A stretch of DNA of 63,884 nucleotides, filler included, from Lama guanicoe (GCA_013239625.1; 200 parts of 200 records of this genome joined end to end with filler, not necessarily neighbours in it); one strand, 5' to 3'; counted from the whole stretch's first letter, positions 25,488-38,137 are shown. Notes: generated from the letters alone by a model not told the origin. Program-made: numbers and translations.

Positions 25488-27187
25488 NNNNNNNNNNNNN
25501 NNNNNNNNNNNNNNNNNNNNNNNNNNNNNNNTTAATTAATTAANNNNNNNNNNNNNNNNNNNNNNNNNNNNNNNNNNNNNNNNNNNNCCCACATTTTCTT
25601 TGCTTGAAACTTTTCTTGTTTCTGATAGGTACAGTCCATCAACATTTCATGTAAAATGTAGAAAAAAAGGTGGATTTTGATATAAAATTGTTAAAATTTC
25701 TAGAGAAGCAAATGCTAGCCTGGGAATCCAAGAATGATTTTCTGAACACCGGTGAACGGACCCATCAAAGGACCTACTGTCCCTGAAATCATCTTGGAAG
25801 CACTGAGNNNNNNNNNNNNNNNNNNNNNNNNNNNNNNNNNNNNNNNNNNNNTTAATTAATTAANNNNNNNNNNNNNNNNNNNNNNNNNNNNNNNNNNNNN
25901 NNNNNNNTGCCGGATGTTGAAAACAGGCAGATGACATATGAAATCCTGAATGACAAGGATCAAGATTTGGAAGAGCATTTGGAAGCCTGCTACTTAAATA
26001 CCCTAAGATCATGATTTCAAACCAGGTGAAGCAAGTTCCCAGTCAAGGCTCATCTGAAGATGATCCGTGGGAAGAGAACCAAATCGCGCAGGCCATCAAA
26101 GAGCATGTGAATCAGCAGAGCTCTCTGNNNNNNNNNNNNNNNNNNNNNNNNNNNNNNNNNNNNNNNNNNNNTTAATTAATTAANNNNNNNNNNNNNNNNN
26201 NNNNNNNNNNNNNNNNNNNNNNNNNNNAGAATCTAGACATTGAGTTACTGGTTGACCAGGGCTAATTAGCAGCAACGCTTGAAGTGATCTGTTGAGTCAA
26301 GTTTGCTGTAGTCCCCACTGCTCCCTATTGTCTTACACAGAGCTTTTTTTCCTATTTTATGTTACTTGCCTTGTCTTTAAGAGAATGCGTTTGCAAACCC
26401 TATAGGAAACCATAAACGGATATGTGAGTTTGTGTGTGGGGGTGTGTNNNNNNNNNNNNNNNNNNNNNNNNNNNNNNNNNNNNNNNNNNNNTTAATTAAT
26501 TAANNNNNNNNNNNNNNNNNNNNNNNNNNNNNNNNNNNNNNNNNNNNGGGCCTCTCCCAGGGTCCTCATCCAGGCTCACTGGGGCCACAGGGACCAGGGA
26601 CGCCACAGCTTCCAGGCTGGGGCGCCAGGGTGGGAAGGAAGCTGGGATCCCTCCTACCATGTGCCCTGTCTGCTGGGTGGCCAAGGCTGCCTGGCCACCA
26701 TTAATTCGCTCTATTTGTCAGGTAATGAGATGGAAGTGAGGCTTCCAGACAGAGGGGGCGTTGAGCCNNNNNNNNNNNNNNNNNNNNNNNNNNNNNNNNN
26801 NNNNNNNNNNNTTAATTAATTAANNNNNNNNNNNNNNNNNNNNNNNNNNNNNNNNNNNNNNNNNNNNGAAAAAGAGTGTCACAGCCCAAAACTAGAAGTT
26901 TCCTGACTCCTGGAATATAAAAATAATCCATCTGCACCATCAGTTCCTGAGACAGTTCTGACTCAAATGGGAAAGATACTGAAGGGCCGGCGTCTACTGG
27001 TGAGAATGTGGCCGAGCACACATTTTGCCACTCTAAACCCAGTTCCCATTGTTTCTGACATAATGATTAGCATCCCTATGCCACGAANNNNNNNNNNNNN
27101 NNNNNNNNNNNNNNNNNNNNNNNNNNNNNNNTTAATTAATTAANNNNNNNNNNNNNNNNNNNNNNNNNNNNNNNNNNNNNNNNNNNN

Positions 27188-27407
27188 CGCCGGGGCGGGC
27201 GCGAGCGCCTGTGTGACCGCGAGGCTCCCGAGCACCCGGCGAGCGCGCACTAGGGGCCGCTGCGCCCCTTCCCTGCGCTCACCCCGCCCCCAGCCCCCAC
27301 TGCGCTGGCGCAGTCACGTGTCCCGAGTCCCGTCCCACATCCATCACCCGCGGAGCCCTCCCGGGACAGGTGCGGCCCGCACAGGTGACGCGGGCCAAGC
27401 CCGCGCT
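27188..27407. promoter_or_regulatory. CpG-island promoter-like fragment with GC boxes and an E-box (GTCACGTG)
   Basis: GGGGCGGG near the start, CCCCGCCCC, and cagtcacgtgtc at about 27311-27322. Dense CpG. Confidence 0.65.
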
Positions 27408-27507
27408 NNNNNNNNNNNNNNNNNNNNNNNNNNNNNNNNNNNNNNNNNNNNTTAATTAATTAANNNNNNNNNNNNNNNNNNNNNNNNNNNNNNNNNNNNN
27501 NNNNNNN

Positions 27508-27700
27508 AGTAAGTTTTGAAATCACAAATTGTGAGTCTTCCAGTTTTGTTCTTTTCTAAGATTGTTTTGGGTATTTGGAATCCCTTGAGAATCCATATGA
27601 ATTTTAGGACTTTTTTGTATTTCTGCAAAAAAAGGTCTTTGGGATCTTGACAGGGATTGCATTGAATATGAAAATAACTTGAGCAGTATTGCAAAATTGG
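27508..27700 (-). mobile_element. L1 ORF2 C-terminal region fragment
   Basis: The minus frame gives ..LKFIWILKGFQIPKTILEKNKTGRLTICDFKTY.., a canonical L1 ORF2 segment. Confidence 0.9.
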
Positions 27701-27827
27701 CCTATGAGGTTTACTTATAGAGGCAACNNNNNNNNNNNNNNNNNNNNNNNNNNNNNNNNNNNNNNNNNNNNTTAATTAATTAANNNNNNNNNNNNNNNNN
27801 NNNNNNNNNNNNNNNNNNNNNNNNNNN

Positions 27828-27934
27828 TAGAGCCCAAGAGGGCTGCTAAATTTCCTACAATGCATTGGACAGCCCCGACTGCAAAGAATTATCCAGCAAA
27901 AAAAGATCAATATTGCCGTTATTGGGAAATCCTG
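27828..27934 (+). mobile_element. MER20 (hAT-Charlie) 3' half
   Basis: gctgctaaatttcctacaatgcattggacagcccc...aaagaattatccagc...tcaatattgccg...gaaatcctg. Confidence 0.75.
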
Positions 27935-28147
27935 GAATAGTGTGACATAGTCAGAGTAATGAATATTTAGACCATGGTAGGCAGTGATCAAAGGAATAAT
28001 GCCCATCAGGTCCACTGCTCCCTCCATTCACCTTACTTTTAAGTGTGNNNNNNNNNNNNNNNNNNNNNNNNNNNNNNNNNNNNNNNNNNNNTTAATTAAT
28101 TAANNNNNNNNNNNNNNNNNNNNNNNNNNNNNNNNNNNNNNNNNNNN

Positions 28148-28367
28148 GATCACCCTAAGTATAAATGAATTCACTGATTGGCAGAAGACGCAGAGTTGCT
28201 GGCTGGATTACAAAATAAGACCCAGCTCCATGCTGCCTCCAGGAGACTCAGCTCAGCTCAATAGACGTAGGCTCAGAGAAAGGACTGAAGATGATGCTCT
28301 AAGCAAGTGGTAACCAGAAAGAGTGGTATAGCCATGCTTGTATCAGACAAAATGGACTTCAAGCCAA
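28148..28367 (+). mobile_element. L1 ORF2 endonuclease-region relic
   Basis: cagagttgctggctggattacaaaataagaccca...tgctgcctccaggagactca...tatcagacaaaatggacttcaagccaa. Confidence 0.8.
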
Positions 28368-31079
28368 NNNNNNNNNNNNNNNNNNNNNNNNNNNNNNNNN
28401 NNNNNNNNNNNTTAATTAATTAANNNNNNNNNNNNNNNNNNNNNNNNNNNNNNNNNNNNNNNNNNNNGGTCAACCTTTAAAAGAAGAAATGTCATCAGGG
28501 CAGAGAAGACTGAAAAAGTTTGAAGCCCAGGAAGAGTCTTGCTAATGCCTTCTTCAACATGGTAGAGGTAATTTACCATTGAGAAAACAATCTTCTGATG
28601 GTTGACTGCTACGTGATCTGTTTCAGCATGCTGGGGTGCCAGGGCTACGGAGTGTTTTACAACTACCAAAAGAAGCTCCTTGTTAGANNNNNNNNNNNNN
28701 NNNNNNNNNNNNNNNNNNNNNNNNNNNNNNNTTAATTAATTAANNNNNNNNNNNNNNNNNNNNNNNNNNNNNNNNNNNNNNNNNNNNTTCTTGGGTGTTT
28801 ACTGTTAGGCTGTATAACTCACATGTAAGATATGTATCAAATATTAAATATGTTGTAAAGAATGCCACCCAGTTTGGCTGCCACCCTCATACTGCCAGAG
28901 ACAGGAAAGCAGAAGCACCCAAAAAGCAGCCCAAAGCCGCTCTCCTGCCTAAATGACATTGCCCTCCCCTCTTCTCCTCCCCACCAGCCCCCATCAGCAG
29001 GCCTCAGNNNNNNNNNNNNNNNNNNNNNNNNNNNNNNNNNNNNNNNNNNNNTTAATTAATTAANNNNNNNNNNNNNNNNNNNNNNNNNNNNNNNNNNNNN
29101 NNNNNNNATCAAAATAGGACATTGTCAGAACTTGCAAGAGGCAACTTAAAGTTGCAATAGAGAAACTTAAAGCTCTCCAGACATACATTAGAAAAATGTA
29201 AGGCTTATAATCAATGATACAAAGTTTTCTGAAAAAGCTTTAAAAAGAACTGTAAAAAAAACCAAAGAGACTTCAAGAAAAAAAAATTATCAAACTAAGA
29301 GTAGAAATCAGTAAGATAGAAACAGACNNNNNNNNNNNNNNNNNNNNNNNNNNNNNNNNNNNNNNNNNNNNTTAATTAATTAANNNNNNNNNNNNNNNNN
29401 NNNNNNNNNNNNNNNNNNNNNNNNNNNATTCCTACCAGAGGCGAGGAAGAGCAGTGAGGAAGCTGTGGTCACCCCAAGGATGAAATGCTGCTAAGGCACT
29501 GCTGGCACAGAGCATGTGGAACTGGAAGGCCTTCCCTGAAGGAAGAATATGCATGGACGATCACAGGGCTGCGGTGAAAATGGCAGAGAGAAGCATGCGC
29601 TTTAATCTTTCTTAGCTCTACCATCATTTTATCAAAGGTAGAAGCCANNNNNNNNNNNNNNNNNNNNNNNNNNNNNNNNNNNNNNNNNNNNTTAATTAAT
29701 TAANNNNNNNNNNNNNNNNNNNNNNNNNNNNNNNNNNNNNNNNNNNNCATACTATGGAATATTATTTGATGAACAAAAAGAATGAGCTGTTAATCTATGA
29801 AACAGCGTAGGTGAATGTCATGTGCAATTGCTTAAATGCATATTGCTTAAGTGAAAGAAAGAAGTCTCACAAGGATGTGTGCTGTGTGATTCTCTTCATG
29901 TGAAATAATGACAAGATGGAAGCAGAGAGACAGAAAATACATGAGCGGTTGTCAGGGACTTGAGGAGNNNNNNNNNNNNNNNNNNNNNNNNNNNNNNNNN
30001 NNNNNNNNNNNTTAATTAATTAANNNNNNNNNNNNNNNNNNNNNNNNNNNNNNNNNNNNNNNNNNNNAAATTAGGATGCAGGCATGTCCCTCTACCCAGC
30101 CACTGGACACTTGGTGTTGTTGGCTTGAGATGTTCTGGTCTTGTGAGGCAAATGCCCCTCTTTCCCTGTCTCCAGCTTTGCCCTCTAAAAGATGAGGAAT
30201 CATATCTTGTGCTAGACCTCCCAGAAAAGCTATACAGGCAACCACAGCAAAGTTCTCAAGATCTTGGAAGGCAAAGATACGAGTCATNNNNNNNNNNNNN
30301 NNNNNNNNNNNNNNNNNNNNNNNNNNNNNNNTTAATTAATTAANNNNNNNNNNNNNNNNNNNNNNNNNNNNNNNNNNNNNNNNNNNNCTGGCCACAGACC
30401 CAGTGCTGCCCAAGGCGGCGCAGCCCATGGCACGGCAACAGTCTGGTCATCACACTGGCAGCATTTTCCTCCAGGGGTAGTTACGGTATCCATAAAACAG
30501 CTCAGGAAAGTGCATCGGACACCGAGTCTGTGACTCTGTCGTCCTGGTCATTAGCTGTGTGTGTGGCAGGAGAGGGAAATGTCACATCCTGGGACCTGCA
30601 GGGGTCCNNNNNNNNNNNNNNNNNNNNNNNNNNNNNNNNNNNNNNNNNNNNTTAATTAATTAANNNNNNNNNNNNNNNNNNNNNNNNNNNNNNNNNNNNN
30701 NNNNNNNCCTTGTGGGGGAATCATGCTTCTCTCTGAGCCTCAGTTTCCTCATCTGTACTATGGGCACATCATATTCTTTTCCTCCTGGTATTGAAGTGGA
30801 ACAAGATGAGACGGGCTGGGCCCCTTGTGCCAGCCATCCCTGCCCCTCCTCTGGGCTCACATCTGGTGGGTCCCCACATCCTGGTGATTGTCTGGCACTT
30901 TGCCTGGCCTCCTCTCACTCAGATTCTNNNNNNNNNNNNNNNNNNNNNNNNNNNNNNNNNNNNNNNNNNNNTTAATTAATTAANNNNNNNNNNNNNNNNN
31001 NNNNNNNNNNNNNNNNNNNNNNNNNNNAAATCGTCTCTAAGAGGTGTGTTTGTCTTAGTAGATCAGCCAGTAAAATCCC

Positions 31080-31247
31080 AGCCTGTATCAGAACTTCAGT
31101 CTTTTCTAAGCCTGAATAACACTCCATTATATGTGTATGCCACATTTTGTTCATCCATTCATCCGTTAATAGACATCTGGGTTGTTCACACCTTTTGGCT
31201 ATTGTGAATAGCGCTGCTGTGAACGTTGGTGGGCAAGTCGTTGTAAT
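31080..31247 (-). mobile_element. L1 (L1MB-like) 3' fragment
   Basis: ccacattttgttcatccattcatccgttaatagacatctgggttgtt...ttttggctattgtgaatagcgctgctgtgaac. Confidence 0.85.
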
Positions 31248-32307
31248 NNNNNNNNNNNNNNNNNNNNNNNNNNNNNNNNNNNNNNNNNNNNTTAATTAAT
31301 TAANNNNNNNNNNNNNNNNNNNNNNNNNNNNNNNNNNNNNNNNNNNNGTTTAGTGGGCACCTGGCTGAATCCAAGTGTTTCCTAGACACCAATATAGCAG
31401 GCAGCAAGACTGATTCTAACCTCTGCCTGTTGGGGGTGTGTGACATCTATCTGTCTCCCTATCCCTATTGGATGGCCCAGAGGATCGAGGAAAGCAGGGA
31501 ATGACTGTGAAGATTTGTGGCATTTTTATAGGATCTCCCCAAAAGCCATGAAACATGATAGTGGGATNNNNNNNNNNNNNNNNNNNNNNNNNNNNNNNNN
31601 NNNNNNNNNNNTTAATTAATTAANNNNNNNNNNNNNNNNNNNNNNNNNNNNNNNNNNNNNNNNNNNNGAATTCGACCTCCAAGTTCAAGTCCGTGTCAGA
31701 GGCTGGGGACACGAACGGTGCTGGGGAATAAGGCAGGCCCATGCACAGGCGAAAAAGCTACCAGAGACAAAGGAAGTTCAAGAGACAAGGCAAAAGTTTA
31801 CCAGGTACACTGGTCTAGGCAACAGGGGCCACACAGATGGGAGGGGCCCGTGTGAGTGCTGGGGGGAGCGCGCAGGGTCTTTTACTGNNNNNNNNNNNNN
31901 NNNNNNNNNNNNNNNNNNNNNNNNNNNNNNNTTAATTAATTAANNNNNNNNNNNNNNNNNNNNNNNNNNNNNNNNNNNNNNNNNNNNAGTTGAGGCTTAA
32001 AAGTATGATCAAGGAAGAGACGATGAAAAATAACCATGAAGATCTGAAAACCAAGCAAGCAGAACTGTAAAAAAAAAATTTAGATTAAAGTTAAAACCCC
32101 CATGCATGGAGTAAACAAGATTTTATGTAGAAGAATTAAGTTGCAAGAGTATCCAAATAAAGTACTTAGGAGGCATCACAAAGAGTAAAAAGATGAAAGA
32201 TACCAAANNNNNNNNNNNNNNNNNNNNNNNNNNNNNNNNNNNNNNNNNNNNTTAATTAATTAANNNNNNNNNNNNNNNNNNNNNNNNNNNNNNNNNNNNN
32301 NNNNNNN

Positions 32308-32365
32308 AATCCCCGGACCTCCATACTAAATAAATAGACCTAATTACCTCCCCACCAGCAAAAAA
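32308..32365 (+). mobile_element. Vic-1-like SINE 3' tail
   Basis: aatcccc..acctccat..aaataaatagacctaattacctcccc..aaaaaa. Confidence 0.7.
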
Positions 32366-32627
32366 CCTCACAAACCAAATAGTCCCCATTAACTTTTCCT
32401 ACCGTGTCAGTTACTTGAAGGGTGTCTGTTCAGTGTTTGCCTCTCCTTGGACCCTGACGTGAGCAGATCGCTGTTCTCTTTCTTTCCCTGATCGCAGGTG
32501 GATGCTAGTTTGACAGAACCTGGACAGNNNNNNNNNNNNNNNNNNNNNNNNNNNNNNNNNNNNNNNNNNNNTTAATTAATTAANNNNNNNNNNNNNNNNN
32601 NNNNNNNNNNNNNNNNNNNNNNNNNNN

Positions 32628-32847
32628 TTGAGTTTATTTTTGTGTATGGTGTGAGGGAGTGTTCTAACTTCATTTACATGCTACTGTCCAGTTTTCCCAA
32701 TACCATTTGCTGAAGAGGGTGTTTTTATTTCATTGTATGTTCTTGCCTCCTTTGTCAGAAATTAATTGACCAAAAGTTCATGGGTTCATTTCTGGGCACT
32801 CTATTCTGTTCCATTGATCCATATGTCTGTTTTTTGTACCAATACCA
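32628..32847 (-). mobile_element. L1 ORF2 fragment
   Basis: ttgagtttatttttgtgtatggtgtgagg...ctgtccagttttcccaataccatttgctgaagag...ctattctgttccattgatc. Confidence 0.9.
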
Positions 32848-33402
32848 NNNNNNNNNNNNNNNNNNNNNNNNNNNNNNNNNNNNNNNNNNNNTTAATTAAT
32901 TAANNNNNNNNNNNNNNNNNNNNNNNNNNNNNNNNNNNNNNNNNNNNATTGTTGGGGAAGTAAAAATAAGCTCCTGGGTGTAAAGCACTTATCACAATGC
33001 CTGGCACATGGCACGTTTTCTACAAAGGTCTGTGGACAGCCAGCAGAAACAGGGAAGGTCACCTTGAAACAGAACAGGACCCTGTAGTGTCCTCCCAGGT
33101 ACAGAGCTTTTCAGTGTTCCCCCTTTCTTGTTTGTAGGAAATTGGTTTCATTCAGCCTCCTTGACCTNNNNNNNNNNNNNNNNNNNNNNNNNNNNNNNNN
33201 NNNNNNNNNNNTTAATTAATTAANNNNNNNNNNNNNNNNNNNNNNNNNNNNNNNNNNNNNNNNNNNNTCTATGCTCTTTGGAGCTTTGAAAGTGGACCTC
33301 GTGGGTGTAAGTGGTAACTGTCATGTGCCCTGGTGACACATGTCATCAAACCTGGGTACTTGTATTACTCTCAGGTTTTTAAAAAAATTTTTTTTATTTG
33401 TA

Positions 33403-33487
33403 TTTTTGGAGGGAGTGTAATTAGGTTTATTTGTTTTTTTTGTTTGTTTGTTTGTTTATTTAATGGAAGTCCTGGGGATTGGGCCCA
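33403..33487 (-). mobile_element. Vic-1-like SINE 3' part
   Basis: gggagtgtaattaggtttatttg...tttaatggaagtcctggggattg is the reverse complement of the SINE tail and B box. Confidence 0.7.
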
Positions 33488-33907
33488 NNNNNNNNNNNNN
33501 NNNNNNNNNNNNNNNNNNNNNNNNNNNNNNNTTAATTAATTAANNNNNNNNNNNNNNNNNNNNNNNNNNNNNNNNNNNNNNNNNNNNCCTTACTCAGAAA
33601 TGCATACTAACATATGCAGGGGCAAAAGGACATGAGTTCTAAGAATTAATTTAATACTCCACCAACAATAACAACAGCACAGGATTGATGAAGTGAGAGG
33701 GGCAAAATTTTGCCAATACTGAATTTGGTGATGGGTTTTGGAGGCTCATTACACTTTCTGCTTTTGTGTAGCTTGACATTTTCCATGATAATTTTTTTTT
33801 AAAGGTGNNNNNNNNNNNNNNNNNNNNNNNNNNNNNNNNNNNNNNNNNNNNTTAATTAATTAANNNNNNNNNNNNNNNNNNNNNNNNNNNNNNNNNNNNN
33901 NNNNNNN

Positions 33908-34127
33908 ACTCCAGGAGCTGGTTCAAAAAATATATTGCTGTGATTTATGTCCAAGACTGTTCTGCCTATATTTTCCCCTAGTTTTATAGTATCTGATCTT
34001 ATATTTAAGTCTGTAATCCATTTTGAGTTTAGTTTTGTATATGATGTTAGAGAATGTTTTAATTTCAGTCTTCTACCAGTAGCTGTCCAGTTTTTCCAGC
34101 ACCACTTACTGAAGAGACTGTCTTTTC
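33908..34127 (-). mobile_element. L1 ORF2 fragment
   Basis: gttctgcctatattttcc...agttttatagtatctgatcttatatttaagtct...tttccagcaccacttactgaagagactgtc. Confidence 0.9.
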
Positions 34128-34227
34128 NNNNNNNNNNNNNNNNNNNNNNNNNNNNNNNNNNNNNNNNNNNNTTAATTAATTAANNNNNNNNNNNNNNNNN
34201 NNNNNNNNNNNNNNNNNNNNNNNNNNN

Positions 34228-34447
34228 GTAGTTAGTATCTGCAAATCTCAAATTCTCAATTTATCCCTTCCCACCTGCTTTCCTGTCTGGTAATGATACA
34301 TTTGTTCTCTAGGTCTGTGAGTCTCTGTCTGTTTTGCAAATAAGTTCCTTTTCTTAGATTTCACATATAAGCAATATCATATGGCATTTGTCTTTCTTTT
34401 TCTGGCTTAGTTCACTTAGAATGATGATCTCCAGGTCCATCCATGTT
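34228..34447 (-). mobile_element. L1 3' UTR fragment
   Basis: Homologous to 15349-15567. Confidence 0.85.
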
Positions 34448-35507
34448 NNNNNNNNNNNNNNNNNNNNNNNNNNNNNNNNNNNNNNNNNNNNTTAATTAAT
34501 TAANNNNNNNNNNNNNNNNNNNNNNNNNNNNNNNNNNNNNNNNNNNNTCTGACAGTTGGAGACACTGAGGGACAGTGAGATTGTCTCACCCAGGGCTAAA
34601 GGGGGAGAGCTGAGCTAAACCCGGGCACTGGGCTTCCGAGTCTGCACTCCTAGCCATCGCGCTACAAGTTTTTCCCCAAGAACTCAAGAATGCACTTTGG
34701 TTGGTGCCTACAGCCCCGCGGCAATGTGTCAGGCCCCTTAGAGTGCTCCATCCATGCAGGGAAGGACNNNNNNNNNNNNNNNNNNNNNNNNNNNNNNNNN
34801 NNNNNNNNNNNTTAATTAATTAANNNNNNNNNNNNNNNNNNNNNNNNNNNNNNNNNNNNNNNNNNNNATCTCTGGGCTAAAGTGTGCGGCCCTGCAAGTA
34901 AAGCTCTCAGGGTCCCAGGCCCTCCCTTCCTCTCTGTCCAGCTGGTGCTCTTCTCCAATGTCGTGGCCACTCTCCTTCCAGAAAAGGTCGAGCCCCTTCA
35001 CATCTCTGTGCCTACGTGTGCACACTTCCTCCCTCTATCCGGAGTGTCAGGTTCCCTCCCACCCCTGACTGACTCCCACTCTGTTTCNNNNNNNNNNNNN
35101 NNNNNNNNNNNNNNNNNNNNNNNNNNNNNNNTTAATTAATTAANNNNNNNNNNNNNNNNNNNNNNNNNNNNNNNNNNNNNNNNNNNNCACCAAAAATCAT
35201 CATTATAAGAGAAACAAGTTGTCTTTGATTCTTTATCCACAACCCAACACCAGAATTCAGTTTCATGTAGAATGTTTTAAAACTCAGTGAACCTTTCGAC
35301 CAGAATTCCTGTTGGAAGTGATGGTTTCTGATGACTTGTGAACTCCTTATTTTCAAGCTTGCATGCTTTTGCTGATTTTAAATTAAATGCCAGAAATACT
35401 GTTGTAANNNNNNNNNNNNNNNNNNNNNNNNNNNNNNNNNNNNNNNNNNNNTTAATTAATTAANNNNNNNNNNNNNNNNNNNNNNNNNNNNNNNNNNNNN
35501 NNNNNNN

Positions 35508-35620
35508 GGGTGGCAAATGGGATGGTTTCCATTTTTGTGTGTCCATCATTTCAGAAATTGGGCGCAATGAAGACAGTGCCCTGATCCATGGGCAGCCACA
35601 GCACTACTAGGGAAAGTTAC
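35508..35620 (-). mobile_element. Possible ERV-L-type integrase relic
   Basis: The minus strand gives DQGTVFIA..(frameshift)..WTHKNG..CHP, resembling the SDQGTHFTA..WAH.HGI..HHP integrase core. Heavily degenerate. Confidence 0.4.
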
Positions 35621-36937
35621 TCGACAGGTGCTAAAGATGGAACACTATATTCAGGAGGGACTCTCCAAGGGATGACATGGCTAGGCGGAACCAGGCCCAA
35701 GTCCACCTTCGGCCTAGTCCAGTGGGGNNNNNNNNNNNNNNNNNNNNNNNNNNNNNNNNNNNNNNNNNNNNTTAATTAATTAANNNNNNNNNNNNNNNNN
35801 NNNNNNNNNNNNNNNNNNNNNNNNNNNATATTCTGTCACTTTCAAGAAAAAACTCTGGTAGAGAAATGCTCTTTGCTTTCACAGAAGTTCAGCACTTGTT
35901 TTGTCTTTTGTCTGGGGGCTGGGGCTCTATCTCCTGGAATCGGAAACTAACTGAGGAGGATGGATGGTACTTCCTGTATCTCAGTGTGACCTCAGGAGGA
36001 CCCCCTTTTTTCCCTCCCCAATGACCTATTCAAACATTGAAAACATGNNNNNNNNNNNNNNNNNNNNNNNNNNNNNNNNNNNNNNNNNNNNTTAATTAAT
36101 TAANNNNNNNNNNNNNNNNNNNNNNNNNNNNNNNNNNNNNNNNNNNNTGTGTGTGAAAATTATAGGGCTGGTACATTAGCAGGGGCAAAAATTAGCCAGG
36201 TTCTTACTACTACATTGAGATTTAGAACATCAGAGTACAGTGACTACATTTTTCTGTAGAGATCTTAACAGCTCTTTAAAATTATGAACCCATAATATGC
36301 AAATACACAGGGCTAAGAAATACACATTCTTGGCAGAGACTGAAGATGTTATAATGTGTGCTGTAAANNNNNNNNNNNNNNNNNNNNNNNNNNNNNNNNN
36401 NNNNNNNNNNNTTAATTAATTAANNNNNNNNNNNNNNNNNNNNNNNNNNNNNNNNNNNNNNNNNNNNAAAAATGAGTAATAAATAGATAAATATTTACAG
36501 TATAATGTGAATTATTTTAAAAAAAATAGTTCTAGTAAAGGTCACATCCTCCTCCAAATGTGCGCCTTCCTGGTTTTCATTCACAGGCACATTATTTGCA
36601 TTTTCTGTGCATGTATCTCTAAACAGGATGTTGGATCGCCTTACATTTTTTAGATTTATATTCAAAGACTACATAGATTTCTGGAATNNNNNNNNNNNNN
36701 NNNNNNNNNNNNNNNNNNNNNNNNNNNNNNNTTAATTAATTAANNNNNNNNNNNNNNNNNNNNNNNNNNNNNNNNNNNNNNNNNNNNGCAGACCCACTGC
36801 CTCCGAGGACCACCCCGGACGACACCGGCGCGTTCAGTTTCAGGCTCCATAAACGACTCAGCTCCTCATCACCGATCCCGTCAGCCGTTTTCAGGTCTGA
36901 AGCTCATTGCGGGGCGGAGAAAAGGCAGGGCACAGGC

Positions 36938-37007
36938 ATGGCGAAAAACACGGCCATCGGCATCGACCTGGGCACCACCTACTCTTGCGTGGGGGTGTTC
37001 CAGCACG
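36938..37007 (+). CDS. HSPA1A: Inducible HSP70 (HSPA1A/HSPA1B) N-terminus, partial; 5' UTR at 36788-36937
   Basis: [23 protein letters not shown](G) contains the HSP70 signature IDLGTTYS. The GC-rich leader ends cacaggcATGG. HSPA1A and HSPA1B cannot be separated here. Confidence 0.93.
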
Positions 37008-37427
37008 NNNNNNNNNNNNNNNNNNNNNNNNNNNNNNNNNNNNNNNNNNNNTTAATTAATTAANNNNNNNNNNNNNNNNNNNNNNNNNNNNNNNNNNNNN
37101 NNNNNNNTGGAGGCCCTTCTATATCATGTTTGGGATCTTGGTCCAGGATTATAAGGGTTATATGGAGAATGAATCTGAAATGGTTAGCTTGGAGCTAACT
37201 GAGATGCTGCTAAAATAACCCACTTTAAAGATAAAATGGCAATAGTGGAAAGAAGAGGATTAGATATATTTGAGAAACACTTTTTGGGTAGAATCAGCAG
37301 GATATTTATTGAATGGGTTAAAAAGAANNNNNNNNNNNNNNNNNNNNNNNNNNNNNNNNNNNNNNNNNNNNTTAATTAATTAANNNNNNNNNNNNNNNNN
37401 NNNNNNNNNNNNNNNNNNNNNNNNNNN

Positions 37428-37647
37428 GGGAGGCGGGTATCGGAGGCTGGGGGCAGGGGCGCGGCCTCGAGCCTGAGCCGGGGCGGCCGACGGGGAGGCC
37501 GCCCTCGGGGTCTGCAGCCGCGCGGGGGAGGGTGCGGGCCCCAAGCCTCCGCGAGGGGCGGGCGGGCGGCCGTCGGCTAGCTGGGCAATAGGAAACGGCT
37601 TATTAGGAGGGAGTGGTGGAGCCGGGCCTGGCAGGAAGACGCTGGAA
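37428..37647 (+). promoter_or_regulatory. ACVRL1: ACVRL1 (ALK1) GC-rich promoter and start of the non-coding first exon (from about 37590)
   Basis: AGGAAACGGcTTATTAGGAGGGAGTGGTGGAGCcGGGCCtGGCAGGAAGACGCTGGAA closely matches the remembered 5' end of human ACVRL1 mRNA. Upstream GC boxes. Confidence 0.8.
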
Positions 37648-37747
37648 NNNNNNNNNNNNNNNNNNNNNNNNNNNNNNNNNNNNNNNNNNNNTTAATTAAT
37701 TAANNNNNNNNNNNNNNNNNNNNNNNNNNNNNNNNNNNNNNNNNNNN

Positions 37748-37967
37748 ACTCAACATCAACAGGTCAAAAGGTAAATGCAAAGCAAAATCACAATGCAATA
37801 CGGCGTCAAACCTACTGGAATGAATAAAATTTAAAAGACAGGCAACAATGACTGGCAAGGACACTGAGAGATTGAAACACTCATCCGTTGCTGATGGGGA
37901 TGGCAAATGGCGCAGCTAGTTTGAAAAACAGTCTAGTAATTTCTCAAAAAGTTATATATAGAATCAT
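37748..37967 (+). mobile_element. Old L1M ORF2 end/3' fragment
   Basis: aaatgcaaagcaaaatcacaatg...ggcaaggacactgag...gctgatggggatggcaaatgg...tttgaaaaacagtct. Confidence 0.75.
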
Positions 37968-38067
37968 NNNNNNNNNNNNNNNNNNNNNNNNNNNNNNNNN
38001 NNNNNNNNNNNTTAATTAATTAANNNNNNNNNNNNNNNNNNNNNNNNNNNNNNNNNNNNNNNNNNNN

Positions 38068-38137
38068 CTTCCTTCCTTCCTTCCTTCCTTCCTTCCTTCC
38101 TTCCTTCCTTTCTTGCCTTTCTTGCCTTTCTTGCCTT
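38068..38137. repeat. (CCTT)n microsatellite plus (TTCTTGCCT)3 in an L1 poly(A) tail
   Basis: Read directly. An antisense L1 3' terminus follows to 38286. Confidence 0.9.

Noticed and set aside
28468..28687. Full-length minus ORF, or plus-strand pseudogene-like peptide
   Set aside because: No family recognised in either orientation, and the plus frame has several stops.
35188..35407. Protein-like minus-strand frames (..GILVERFTEF*NILHETEFW..)
   Set aside because: Two frames look equally plausible and neither matches a protein I can name.
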